DNA from: Podarcis tiliguerta
Lineage: Eukaryota
DNA length: 64,000 bases
NCBI GenBank assembly: GCA_965153285.1
Contig: OZ229110.1
Strand: one strand, 5' to 3'
Shown here: positions 26,901 through 38,800 of the stretch, one piece after another
Layout of the letters: each line of letters begins with the position of its first letter
Position numbering within the stretch: the stretch's first letter is position 1
Program-made: the position numbers and the translations under genes
Notes under the pieces: model-generated
What the model was told of the DNA's origin: nothing
Databases searched by the model: none
The model's input: only the letters and a program-made list of their open reading frames with translations

Positions 26901-29439
26901 TATTTCCAATGTCTGCAAACTTGCGATCTTCAAATATCAAGAATTCATGCTTATCTGCAAGTGCTCTCAACTCCTTGGCTATTTCTTGGGTGAAATCATC
27001 CAGAATATCAATGTGAGTCTTCAAGATACAGATGGAAGGGCCCAAAGTCGCAGCGAGCTGGAGCAATTCTTTGGAGTCAGTCACATCAGCAGAAAGACAC
27101 AAATTAGACTGTTTTTTCTCCATCAGCTTGAGAAGTTGTGCAGCGAGGGGATGAGTGTCTGGCAGTTCAGCCCGAGCAGCAAAGCTCATTTCTTTGCACA
27201 TTCTTTTCACAGGAGGAGTACCATTTTGCTCAGGTGGTTTAATAATATTCTCCTGGATGAATTTTTCTACTCTTGCCACCATCTCAGGAGAAACTTTTTC
27301 CTGCTGCTCAAGGATCTTGAGAATTTTAGATAAGGTGCATACTGAGTGTAGGCGTATGCCATGCTTCTCCAACAGGGCTTTCCCTCCTTGCTCTCTGTCC
27401 AAAAGCACTATAGCATCTGTAACCTTCAACCCCTCTTTCCGAAGGGTCTCTGCTGTCTCCAGAACACTTGAACCAGTGGTAACTACATCTTCAATGATCA
27501 GACAAGTTTCTCCTGAGTTTATTGTCCCCTCCACAAGACGTTTGGTACCTTTTGAAGCAAAAAAGGGCATTTTTCATTAACCTACCAATACAAAACAACA
27601 ACAACAAAACAACAACCTTGCCAGCTCAACGGAAAATATTATTGCTACTACAGTTACAAACACCTCAGGTTACAAACTCTAATATCCTGGAAGAGTTACC
27701 TCGAGTTGAGAATTTTGCCCCAGGATGAGAACAGAAATCGTGTGCCAGTGGCACAGCGGCAGCAAGAGGCCCCATTAGCGAAAGCACGCCTCTAGTTAAG
27801 AACAGTTTCAGATTAAGAATGGACCTCCGGAACGAATTAAGTTCGTAACTAGAGGTACCACTGTACTATTAAAAATAACACGTGCACTACACCAGTTAAT
27901 AAAAGCTTGTGGTTAAAACTTCTGCACTAAGGCTCCTAAATCACAGGCGTGTTATGTACATCAAATTATTACCTTTCTAGATATGCTAAAACAACAAACT
28001 GTATATACACTACCGAGGAAGTTGGAAACTTTATTATTAACATTTTTGCTGTCTTGAATATTCATTGTTTATAATGCCAATATTATGATCTAGGTAAATT
28101 CGATTCTTTTTACCATAGTCTTTAGCTTCTTTTCGCCGTATAAGCATTGGGATCTGGTTGGTTGAGCAGATGATTGTAGCCAGGGGCAAAGCCGTGTATG
28201 GGACCCCGCACACAGTGTCATACTTGATTGCAGCATCCTTTGCTGTTTGAAAAAGGAAACCTGCTACCTGAAAGAAATTGTTTTAAATATAAAATAGGTT
28301 CTACCATTATAACCAAACATTAATACATTGTCAATAAAATAAGGAGAGTCCACAAAGAATTAACAGAAAGTGAAACCATAAGCACCAAAGATCATATGGA
28401 TTTTGTTTCTTCACATGATGCTTACTTCATCACCTAATTATGCTTGTGTTCTTTGTATTTAGGTTGAAGAGCAACAAGCAGCGATAGCTTATTTATTTCC
28501 TTGGAAGAATCATGTATTTTGTGCGATCTCTGTTGCACTAGTGGGAATCCTTGTGTTGGGTTCCGCTAGCACAATTATTTGGTTGAATAAATGATAAGGC
28601 ATGAGAAGGGTATCCTTTGCAACAATGCTGACAAGACAGATCAATGTCCTTATCTCTTTGTACCCTTCTTCCACCCATATCCCTCTACTTCACCTTCCAC
28701 TACAGACAATTATGCATGAGGGGAAAAACCCACTCCAACATGGTTCCAGTACTACTAGCTGGCAGGATTGTATCATCTTTGACAGCCGCCCTCTTCCCCA
28801 GCAACTAGATGACCCTCGTGGTCCCTATCTGACTCTTCTAACACTCTTGCCATGTTTGTTTGCTTATTTAAAACAGGCTTTCCAAATCTCCAGGCATGGC
28901 TGGCCTCTAACTCCCCTCAGTCCCAGTCAACATGGTTAGGGCCGGAGGTGATGACAGCTGTTGTCCATTAGTATCGAGGATACTAAATTAGAAGAGGCAT
29001 TAAAGCATTTTTGTGCTGCTGAAAAAGCTCACAGAGAAGCTGACATAAATTCGATAGCAGCAAGCTGCCCCCCCCCCCGCTTACACCCTTGTAAACCCTT
29101 TTCCCCTAAAAGGGGGAAGAAAAAAAATGAGGAGAGGCAAACCCCAGTCAGGACCAGTTCTTACAGCTGCGCAGCAGTGCTTATAATGACCCCCAGCTGC
29201 AACAGAAACACGAGGCCTGGTCTCTCGACCTCCCTCCTCCAACTGCCTCGGGCCCGCCTTCCGCCCTCACGCGCGCCCCGTGGCCGCCCGCCCGTGGGGC
29301 TCACCTTGTTGAGCAGGGCCGGGTGCGACACGATGACGCGCAGGTCGACATAGACCGGGGAGACGAGGCCGCTCTTAAGCACGAACTCGCCGAAGCGCAC
29401 CGCCTGCACGCCGTACAGCTCCGAGGCTAACGCTTCCAT
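23745..29439 (-). CDS. UMPS: Uridine 5'-monophosphate synthase (OPRT + OMP decarboxylase), complete: complement join(29305-29439,28114-28267,26880-27548,26020-26195,25337-25451,23745-23926), 1431 nt, 476 aa
   Basis: [18 protein letters not shown]-binding [12 protein letters not shown], catalytic [19 protein letters not shown]; all introns GT-AG and frame continuous to TAG. Confidence 0.98.
24065..24305. mobile_element. Tigger/pogo-like MITE in UMPS intron 5
   Basis: TA|CACTGATACCTCGGTT ... AACCGAGGTACCACTG|TA. Confidence 0.85.
25337..25451 (-). CDS. UMPS: UMPS exon 5 (115 nt)
   Basis: ctttag|GTTAAA...GCTGGAG|gtaaga; [19 protein letters not shown]...[11 protein letters not shown]. Confidence 0.96.
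26020..26195 (-). CDS. UMPS: UMPS exon 4 (176 nt)
   Basis: tttcag|GTGGTATT...GCTGTG|gtaagt; [27 protein letters not shown]...[17 protein letters not shown]. Confidence 0.96.
26471..26696. mobile_element. Tigger/pogo-like MITE in UMPS intron 3
   Basis: TA|CAGTGGTACCTCGGGTTA ... TAACCTGAGGTACCACTG|TA. Confidence 0.88.
26880..27548 (-). CDS. UMPS: UMPS exon 3 (669 nt)
   Basis: caaaag|GTACCAAA...TATGAAG|gtgaat; GTKRLVEG...[13 protein letters not shown]. Confidence 0.97.
27651..27863. mobile_element. Tigger/pogo-like MITE in UMPS intron 2, left TIR largely deleted
   Basis: TA|CAGTTACAAACACCTCAGG ... AGAGGTACCACTG|TA; interior colinear with the 26471 copy. Confidence 0.82.
28114..28267 (-). CDS. 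UMPS: UMPS exon 2 (154 nt)
   Basis: tttcag|GTAGCA...GACTATG|gtaaaa; VAGFLFQ...[15 protein letters not shown]...[11 protein letters not shown]; not in ORF track. Confidence 0.96.
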
Positions 29440-29600
29440 CCTTCGAGGCTCTCGCGCGCACATACGGAGAACAGCACGCGCGCTCCGCCGGGGCAGTCGC
29501 CGAGTAATGACGCAAGGCAAGGCGGGGCGGGGCAAGCCTCCTCTGTCGCTAGGAAACGGGACGATGCCTTACGGGGCGCCACGGGCACATGCGCGCTAGG
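29200..29600 (-). promoter_or_regulatory. CpG-island, TATA-less promoter of UMPS
   Basis: Sharp CpG/GC peak in a CpG-depleted window; GC box GGGGCGGGG near 29524, TGACGCAA near 29508, X-box-like GTCGCTAGGAAAC 29545-29557, GCACATGCGC near 29585. Confidence 0.8.
29305..29439 (-). CDS. UMPS: UMPS exon 1 (coding part)
   Basis: aggATGG strong Kozak; [45 protein letters not shown]|gtgag. Confidence 0.93.
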
Positions 29601-29933
29601 GGTGACTATTCTCGTTACCCAACCAGACCTACTAGTGCATTAGTGGCACCTGGGTTTCTCTTGCATCCTGGTCGGCGCTATTTGCTTGGAAAGAAGGGGG
29701 TGCAATTGGTACTGGAGGGGTAGTGAAGGTTGTATATGCTCCGCTCCTAGGAGCGGAGAAGGCAGGGAGGCTTGTTTTGCAGTTTCTTGTGCTACTACTA
29801 CACGCATATTCTGGTGCACGTGTGTACGGGTGAACGCGTGTGGACATCATCTAGCAGACACTGGTGTGGAGGCACAAAGCGGCGACCCCACCCCCACCCC
29901 GGTCTCCAGAATAGAGCTACCCAGGAGAGGAGA

Positions 29934-30054
29934 GATGGGCGTAGACAGGATTAATGTGGGGGGGGGGGTTAGGACCGACGTTATTGGTCAGTTTGTTATT
30001 TCTATTGTTTTACTTGATCTAGGGAGGCAGCTGCCCCCCTTAGCTACGCCCATG
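29934..30054. mobile_element. Small MITE-like element upstream of UMPS; partial second copy near 30392-30480
   Basis: 10-bp inverted ends ATGGGCGTAG (29935-29944) and CTACGCCCAT (30044-30053); no TSD seen. Confidence 0.5.
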
Positions 30055-30599
30055 CCTTGGAACGTTTGAGGGGAAACCGGTGAGTAAATTTAATTTAGGG
30101 GAGTAGGAGAAGAGGGCCATGCACTCGCAGTGGGGGAGCCGCCTGTGCGTCCAAAAGCCGAATAAAAACTCCATCGCCAAAGGAAAAATCCCTCGGAGTG
30201 CAGCACTAGGATGGATGGAGGGACGACGACGACACGGGAAGCAACATCTGCGTCGGAAGAATACTGAATAGGGTCCATTTTGAAAGAGAAGCTTCGGGCT
30301 TCTCAGGGATGGAGAACTTTTTAAAGAAAGGACTACAGGTTTTCCCGATTGAGATGTGTTTCGAACTTTTGTGCAGATAAGGACCTGGGAGCATGGCCAT
30401 AGCCAGGAATTATTGGGGAAGGGGGCAGAACCGAGTTATCTGACGCAATTGGTTAGTTCAGTTAACTTATTTTTATTTATTTATTTTCAGCCGCACCGCC
30501 CTGGGAACCAATAACCGCCTTCAGGGTCTTATAGCACGTTCGGGTTTACTCGCTTCGTAAGAACTCAGGCATTGCTCACATTAAGGACGTCCTCTGTTG

Positions 30600-33500
30600 T
30601 GGACGTTTAATCTTTAGGCTTTGCTAAAACTACCACCTTTAGCAGTGAGTAACCTGATCAACAAAGACCAGTGGAAATTAACAGTTTTGGTGTGCGTCAT
30701 GTAGCAAATTTTGTATTTTTTTAAAAGGTAGTGTTAGCAATGTCAAAATCAAATTTGCCCGAACACAGTAGAGCTAATCAATTCTCATTATTTCAAGGTT
30801 CATATTACAGTCTTAAAGCACATATGTCAGAAATCATAAATCTTATTTTTAAGGGAAGAAAAATAGTATAGATAACGGATTTTCATTCAGCACCACCCCC
30901 CTTTTCAGTTGTATCTAATGCCTTTACATGGCAGGCAGCTCTCACAATTTCTTCTGTGTTCTCTCCCCATACTATACAGTGCCATATAAATCAAAATAAA
31001 AGCTTGTCTTTATAATATCCGTCTTAATGGATTTTATCAGCAGAATTGCTTTTATATTAAAAAATAAAAATCCCATACTTGAATCTTTTGTATATTGTAT
31101 TTATAAGGAAGGCAATAGCCTAAAATGTAGATTTTATCATCTGTAGATAACATATATATTTATATATACTGCAGAAGAGTAAGAACATGTGACAGCAGGA
31201 AATCACTTTACAACATTACACATGAAGAATCAGAAGTATAAATAAAATATTTACAAAATGTTTTAGAAAACACATATGCATACAAAACAGAATCAATAAT
31301 AAAATAATGAGATAACACTTAAGGCAGACCAGCAAAAGACTGAAAATGATTAAGGCTGTGGAATTCATTTGCACCTTGAAATATTTTAAGCTCTTAATAC
31401 AATCCCTACCACCACCACAGAAATGATTGTTGCAAATATTTTTAAAAGTGTATTTTTAGTAGTCTGCTGTGCCCTTTACATATCTGACCTTATTTTCAGT
31501 AGTATACTGTTGAAGTGACATGCTAGCAAAAGCAGACTCAGTGGTTTGACAGAAAGATGCAAAAGCACCAGCACTGAAAAAGAGAGCATAAGGATAAGAT
31601 ATGGCTTAAGTAGAACAGATGTTTGTTACTACTAGCTTCAGAGTATAAGCTGAGAAATTACAGAATCCTGGCATGTTAACAGTCACTAGTATAACGATTC
31701 TAGAAGCAGTTTGATATTGGACAGTAATTGTATAACCAGCTTGGGGAGCCAAAAAAAAGGGATCTGACATTTATTCTCTTAGGAAAGCACCATTTTCTGA
31801 TGTGTCAGTCCATAAACAATCAGCTTTGGGGAGAAACCAGAGCCCTGTGGAGGATTTTCTTCTACAAATGGATAGGAAAGATTTCGTCCATGCAATGGCA
31901 CACAGGTATTCATCTGAGAACTAAGTTGTGTATAGTAATTCCTAGTTACAATCCAATGGTCCCGAACCGTGGCTAGTCACACTTTGTTGCATACAACTAC
32001 TGGCTGCAGATGACATATCCAACAAAATCAGCAGAGGATGAAGGGCACACATGAACACAGAGATATGCAGCCAGTCTTAAGTTGCTTTGTTACAAAAGAT
32101 TAAAAGCAAGATGCCAGGACTTGTCACACATAATGCCTAAATGACCTTTGAGCCTCTTGGATGTTATTGATGTTGCTGCAGAAGATAAGACATCCATGAT
32201 ATTCTGGTTCAGTGTAGATTTTACATTCACATTACAAAGCCCTTTGAAGCAAAAACTGCTTTATGCCTGAGAAAACAACTCTCAAGACTTCATGATAAAA
32301 CAGCAGTCAGTCCTTGTCTTAAATCCTGCCTATTTGCTTGCCACAGATTCAGGTATTTTTCCCCCCATAGGGGATTATTCCATAGGGATTTTAATGTACC
32401 ATACAGGTTTGTTCTTCAAGGATGCTTAAGTAATCTCTTTTGCATTTCCCCAGAATCACAAATAAAAGAACTAAAAGTACGTACACATTTTGACAGTCAC
32501 TCTTCCACGTATATGTAGAAGTAGAAAGTAGGTAGGCATTTTTGATGCGGCTACTGCAGCTGGAAAGAACAAGGAGATGTGGCAAATATCCACATCTATT
32601 TCTTTTATCGTATCTAAAAGTTGTTATGCTTTACTGAGGTTGGCCTTGGTTCCAGTGAAGTGATCCATGACATGCAGTCTGGTCTCACTATGTTACGTAT
32701 GTTTATTCAGAAGCAGCGCTGGCTCAATTGTTATCGTGCAACGTGAAGAAGCCCTTGCGCAGATGCTGAAAGCCTGGAAACAGATAGAGCTGTTTGTGTC
32801 GCATGGCCTGTAATGCATCCCTGAACTAGCTCATGGCACTCAGGTGCAGTGGAGGATGCCGACCCATCAGCAGAGCTAAAGTCTCCTTGGCTTTTGTACA
32901 TAGAATGGGGAAAGACACCATCTTGTCCCTTTGCACCTGACATCAACATGTTTTGGGCTGCCCGTGCTCAGAAGGAAGTACCCACTGTGTTCAGCGGAAC
33001 TAGCTTTCCATTAAGTATGCATAGGATTGTAGCTAGCCTAGGTCACACTGAAGCTACTGGGACTACTTGTGACTAATATCTTCCATTGATTACAGTGGGA
33101 TTCCGCCATGGGTACCTTGGGCTGGATCTTGGCCGTTGTTTATACCTGAGCTGATATGCTCCGCCTCTGGATGATTGTCAGTGCCTTGAGGAAATTGTAG
33201 CAACTAAAAGGAACCTCAAGAGTTGATCCTATCCCCACATTCCTTATTATAACAGTGGGTTGGATGATCATAGTATAACAAACCTCTTGATTAAAAAATA
33301 GCAGGAAAAAACACTTCATTGAAAAGTTAAAGGACATCAGCTTCTTTCCCTATGGAAAGGCCCTCTGTTTTGTTGAACCACATTTTCTAGCCAGAAAATC
33401 TAAGTCAAGTACCTTTCTCCTTTTCTGTACTGATTTGTTGGCTTGTTTCTTGGTTCACCAGACATCAGTGTGTTCACCACCTTTCTTATTACTCTCACTG

Positions 33501-35276
33501 TAGTAAGAACATTTACAGCTCCTGATTTGATCTGTTTGGGGTTGTGAGCAAGAGAAAGGAGAAAACGGTAAAATACTCCAGGTAAATATAATATGTCAGG
33601 TGCCACTGAGAGGCTACAGAACCCTTGTCACTTAGCTACCAGGTTGCCTAATCCTGACAGCTACTTAGGACACAAGTGACTAAAAGATGTGCCAGAACCA
33701 TTAGTATATTGTGTTCAACAAATGGATGCCAACTGAATAGGCAAAATGAGAGAGCTCACCATGCCTTTGATTATTACTAGGTCCATTGCCACATTGCAGG
33801 GTTTATAGAAGATTAGTTGGTGCGATAGAGGAAAAAGTTAACTATGAATTGCTGATTGATTTCTAAATGATTAGGATATGGTCAGTCACTGTCTTGGCAC
33901 TAAATTCCTCTTGGTGTAAAAAGCTGGACTAGTTCTTACAATATTAATTTGAGATAACTGCAATTTGGAACTATTATTCAAAAGCTTCTAAGTTTGAAAT
34001 TACTTTAATGATTTATAAGGGGCTATTAAGTTAGTGGCGTGTTTAGTTCACAATAATGGACCATTACAATGACTTTTAATATTAATAGTCTTTTTTGAAT
34101 TGTTATTTAACACCAGAGTTTGGGATGGAACAAATATGCTAGCATAGAAGTTAGGATTCTGGAGCTAGGAAGAGAGATGCATGTGTACAAATATGCAGTA
34201 AACTACCAGTCTCACACATCAAGACTAATTTTGAAGCAATAATTGTAAGGATGGACCCACTATGTTTACCACACTTTGGCCAACTTTGGATTGATTTCAC
34301 AACTGCTCAACTTTTAAAACCAAAAAAGGAATAAGGTTCCTTTTCATTTTACAGACTATATGAGAATTCAACAAACATTCTGCAATAGAAAAAGTCTTTG
34401 ACATCTAGTTTACAGATAACAGTAATTATTGTAACATAGCCTTTTCTCAACACACAGGTTTCACAAAAAAGTCTGTACAAGAGCTATAAAAATTTAGTTT
34501 TAAAAAATGTCTCATTGTGCTTCATCAAAACATTTTTTGTTCCAGTGAATTTACCATCTCAGCCGCAGCACATTGCTACTTTACAGTATGTTAGCTTTGA
34601 ACATGTGAGTGCTGGAGAATCCAAAGGACTTTTGACAAAGGTATACTATGATCCTGACCAATGCAGCATACCTAAGTCACTTTACAGGCAAAGCTGACAT
34701 TATGATAGCACAAGGGCCATAAAAAACAATTCTGCCACAAGGTTAATTCTTATTGAAGACAAGTGGAATTCTCTTAGTGAAACAGAGCTTCATTAGGACT
34801 TGAGGAGCAACTATTTCTGCAAAATCTCAAATCCAGTCCAGTGTTGTTGTTTTCAGGAAATGCTGACTGTGGAGGGTCAGCCTAGTTTTATTTCTTTACT
34901 TTCCGTTGCCTTTCAAATACATGAGTTAAAGTTTAATAAGATCAGCAAGTGTGTCCAGGTCTTTTAGAAGGCTGCCTTTCAAAAGTAAGGCAATGGTGTT
35001 TTGGTTACCATTTTCAAATGATGTAGTTTTCTAAAATATTCTTCTGTATTTGACGTGACTTCATCATTGCAAGATAAGCCACGCGAGGAGTTGCATATGC
35101 AACATCTGAAAGCCTCTAGTTCTAACCAGTTAGATAATGCAACTGCTGGAAAAGTACATACACTTTCTTTGACATCACATCAACTAGAATACTTTACACA
35201 GACATAGAGAGATTCCACCTTCTCTCTTTTCACACGCCACGGTGCTTCAGTGTCAAATCAAAGTACTTGTATTGCA
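30600..35276 (-). other. Probable long (~4.6 kb) KALRN 3' UTR
   Basis: Nearly free of recognisable TEs; AU-rich distal part; minus-strand AATAAA at 34887, 32702, 31770 and ATTAAA at 30606; Pumilio-type TGTAAATA at 31248-31255. End point is inferred. Confidence 0.5.
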
Positions 35277-35822
35277 TTATATTCCTGGGTTCATCCTGCT
35301 CATTATGAAGCTCTTAACATTGGGAATTGGCCGCACATCAAACTGGTGTTTGCGGCGTTCAATGAAGCTGGATAGGCGTGAGGTATCCAGTGGGATTTTG
35401 GAATAGCTGCCGTTGTGAAACTGCAGCCAAGGGTGCTGCAGACAAGTGGCTGCTGTTGGCCTCCTCCTGAAGTCTTCCTGAAGGATGACAGTGATGAAGT
35501 CTCTGGCAGCATGGCTTACATCACAGAAGTACTCATTGGGAAAGCTGAAGTCCACTCGGCACACGTTGATGCAAGTCTCCTCCCTGCTTTCATCCAGAAA
35601 GGGGGACACACCACTCAGCATGACATAGGTGAGCACACCCAGGCTCCAAATATCTGTGCCCAGTGAAACAGGAGCACCTTGGATAACTTCTGGAGCAGCA
35701 AATTCAGGGTTTCCAAGCAGATGATGAACATGGTAATGGCCAGTGATTTGAACAGCATCTTCCAGGTCTATTAGCTTAACGCGAGGCACCGGGATTCGCA
35801 AGTCAATGAGCAAATTTTCTGG
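35277..35822 (-). CDS. KALRN: KALRN last coding exon, kinase C-lobe and stop
   Basis: ccacag|CCAGAA; PENLLID...LIDLEDA...GNPEFAAPE...DIWSLG...MNPGI* (TAA). Confidence 0.97.
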   Translation of the reverse strand, partial: PENLLIDLRIPVPRVKLIDLEDAVQITGHYHVHHLLGNPEFAAPEVIQGAPVSLGTDIWSLGVLTYVMLSGVSPFLDESREETCINVCRVDFSFPNEYFCDVSHAARDFITVILQEDFRRRPTAATCLQHPWLQFHNGSYSKIPLDTSRLSSFIERRKHQFDVRPIPNVKSFIMSRMNPGI

Positions 35823-38800
35823 CTGTGGAGAGCAAGGATAAAAAAAAGGTTCCATTGTTCATTGCTTTTGTATTATAAATCAGTTCAAGCCAACATTTAT
35901 CACATTTATAGCCTGCCTGCCTTCCACCACAGAACCCAAGGCAGTGTATATGTGGTTCCTGTGGTCCTTCAGATCATACATTCTTTTGCTTTTCCTGTTA
36001 AGGAAAAAATGTACCAACAATGTGTGTGCTGGCACTTCTTCTTCAGCACACATATATGTCCCAAGTGAAGTACCATAAGTATTTGCTCAGCTAGTTTGGA
36101 GGCTTTGCATTTTGGTACTTACAGAGCATTTCAATGAATATTTGCTCAGAGGTAAGTTCCACTGTGCTCAATAGGCCTTACTTTCATGTATAGAGGATTG
36201 CAGCCTTAATTATAAAATTAGATTGACCACCCAGCAAAGCACCATGCACAATGCACAAACTTGAGTGAAAGGTTTCAATGGATACCAGCTGAAGGATAGA
36301 GACATTTTGAAACTTGTCTACATTGGAGTACAGTGATGTTTAAAACAAAAGGCACTACAGGAGACCAGCCTGTAAGATGTACAGGCCACAAATGCTCACT
36401 AGGTAGAGGTGGGTGAATGGCAAGCATCATGTACAACCTTACCGAAAATATTTTACATCTTAGATTTATGTAGATATAAGCTCATGTCTGAGGAGTAGTT
36501 TGAGAAAAAACCTAGTTAAGTAGAAAAGGCAACAAAATGGCTATAATCCAACATTGTGTATGTTTTGAGCAGCAGTGCAGACATGTGGACAGTCTGGTTA
36601 CTCAGGCCATTTCACTAAAAAACAAGAATAAGCCTCTGCTACACTGCTTAATCCATGTGTGTATGTTGCTGAAGTATCCATCTTCCACAACATTCTGAGC
36701 CAGTCTAAGGGACGATTTAAGCTTCATGTATGCAACATATAAATTAGTTTTATGTTTACATCTCTATCAAAATAAAAAACTCTTTCCACTAGCACCTTAG
36801 AGACCAACTAAGTTTGTTATTGGTATGAGCTTTCGTGTGTCCATGCACACGAAAGCTCATACCAATAACAAACTTAGTGGGTCTCTAAGCTGCTACTGGA
36901 AGGAATTTTTTTATTTTGTTTCGACTACGGCAGACCAACACGGCTACCCACCTGTAACTATCTCTATCAAGGTATAAGCAAAGTTATGTGGACAAATGAA
37001 ATGAGATCTCATCACCCCCCTCCACACCCACACCCCCATTTACACATTTTTCAACAAGGAGCTTTTATGCGAAAGGAAGGAAAGAACTGGCATGTGGGAT
37101 CTTTGTGGGAAAACATTGAAGATGTATGTGAGTTATATGCAGTTCTTTTTTTCTGAGGGTACACAGGGGTATGCATACCCCTAAACATTTTATGAAGTTT
37201 TGTACTTTACTGTATTTATTTTTCCCAATTTGAACTATAAAATGGTGATTTTTTTGAGTGAAAATGAGAGTATCCCTAAAGGTTTTTTTTTTAAAGAAAA
37301 AAAGCACTGGTTATATGTCATTTGTTAATGACAAGATATTAAAACAGAAAAAGTGACATCCTGTAAGTGAATTCTCAGAACTGCTTGGAAGTTTTTTTGA
37401 AATGTGGACCAGATGCCTTCATCACAAATATGGCTATAAAGAAGTAGTTGAAAGAAGGACAGATTAGTGACACAAAGCAGGTACTTTTAAATGTTTTCAT
37501 TATAGGTAGATTGTCTCTTCACCTGAATTTAGAACAGACTGAATGCTTGGAATTCACCATGATAGATAGAGATATACACAAGCTTCCTACCTTTATATCC
37601 AAATGAGCGACTCGGCAGTTGTGAAGGTACTGTAAGGCTTCCATTGTGTCTCTTATGTAAAAAGCTACTTTCTCCTCCATCAATTCATCATGATTCATTA
37701 AGTAGTCCAAGAGACGGCCATCATCCATCCTAAAAGCCAACAATTATGCACCGTGAAAAGAAATCTAGCATAACGACAAACTCTTGCTAATATTTCAAAC
37801 ATGCGACTAGCACCTTATAATGGAAGTGGCATTTTTAAAAAGCAATAAATAAAATACTTATATATTGCAGTGTAATAAGGGCTATCTCATTTTAAATACA
37901 GTATAGGACTCTTTATTTAAGTGCATGCTATTTTGCACTGACTTATTATCCCCCCCACCCCACCCCCCGGCCAATGCACATACTGGATTGTGTGAATCTG
38001 ACATTCACAGTCATCTGAAATATTCTTTTCATGGGGAAATGAAATTGTTTTCATTACAATCATGAAATGTGTGATTGCAAAGATGAAGGATTCCCTCAGT
38101 ATAACAAACAAGAAGCTTAGCTTCCATCAAGAGACTTACAGTTCTAAAATTAATATATAGGAGGAAGGTGACTCATAGGTATCATGAATAGTGATATACT
38201 GAGGATGCTGCAAATGCTGCAACATGGCTGCCTCGTGTGCTGCCTGCTCCTCCTTCTTCATTTTTTTATTGATGAACTTCACTGCAACATCCTTCCTGGT
38301 GGCTTTGTGGATACATTTCTTTACAACAGCAAATCGACCCCTGTGGAGAGAAATGATAATAAGCATTATTCATTCATAAATCATGCATCCACTGCCTTAA
38401 CAGATAACTTAAAACAAACACTTTTAACACCTGGCTTGTGTGTTTTAGTGAAATAATTGATTCCAATCTCATTTAGTGAAATAATTCACCTTCCAATCTC
38501 ATTCAGTTCTGTGTAGGCGAAATCAAAGTTCTCTTTCCAGGTCACGGTGGCTCCATCTGCTGCAGAGTCTGTGAAACCCAAAGGGATGGGGAAATAGAGT
38601 TGGTTGCAATGCCAATTATAGTATTTATTACACATCAGTAATACAAAGGGAGAAGTTTAAAGAAAGAAAATCATGTGAGACGGCATGCCACCGAGTGTGC
38701 ACTCGGAGCCTAAAGATTACACCTTGAAAACAAAACAAAACAAAACAAAACAAAACAGCTGATCTAAATACATGTGTGCTGATTGGAAAAGACACAATCA

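Noticed and set aside
26848-27580. 161-aa and 141-aa plus-strand ORFs
   Set aside because: Antisense shadows of UMPS exon 3.
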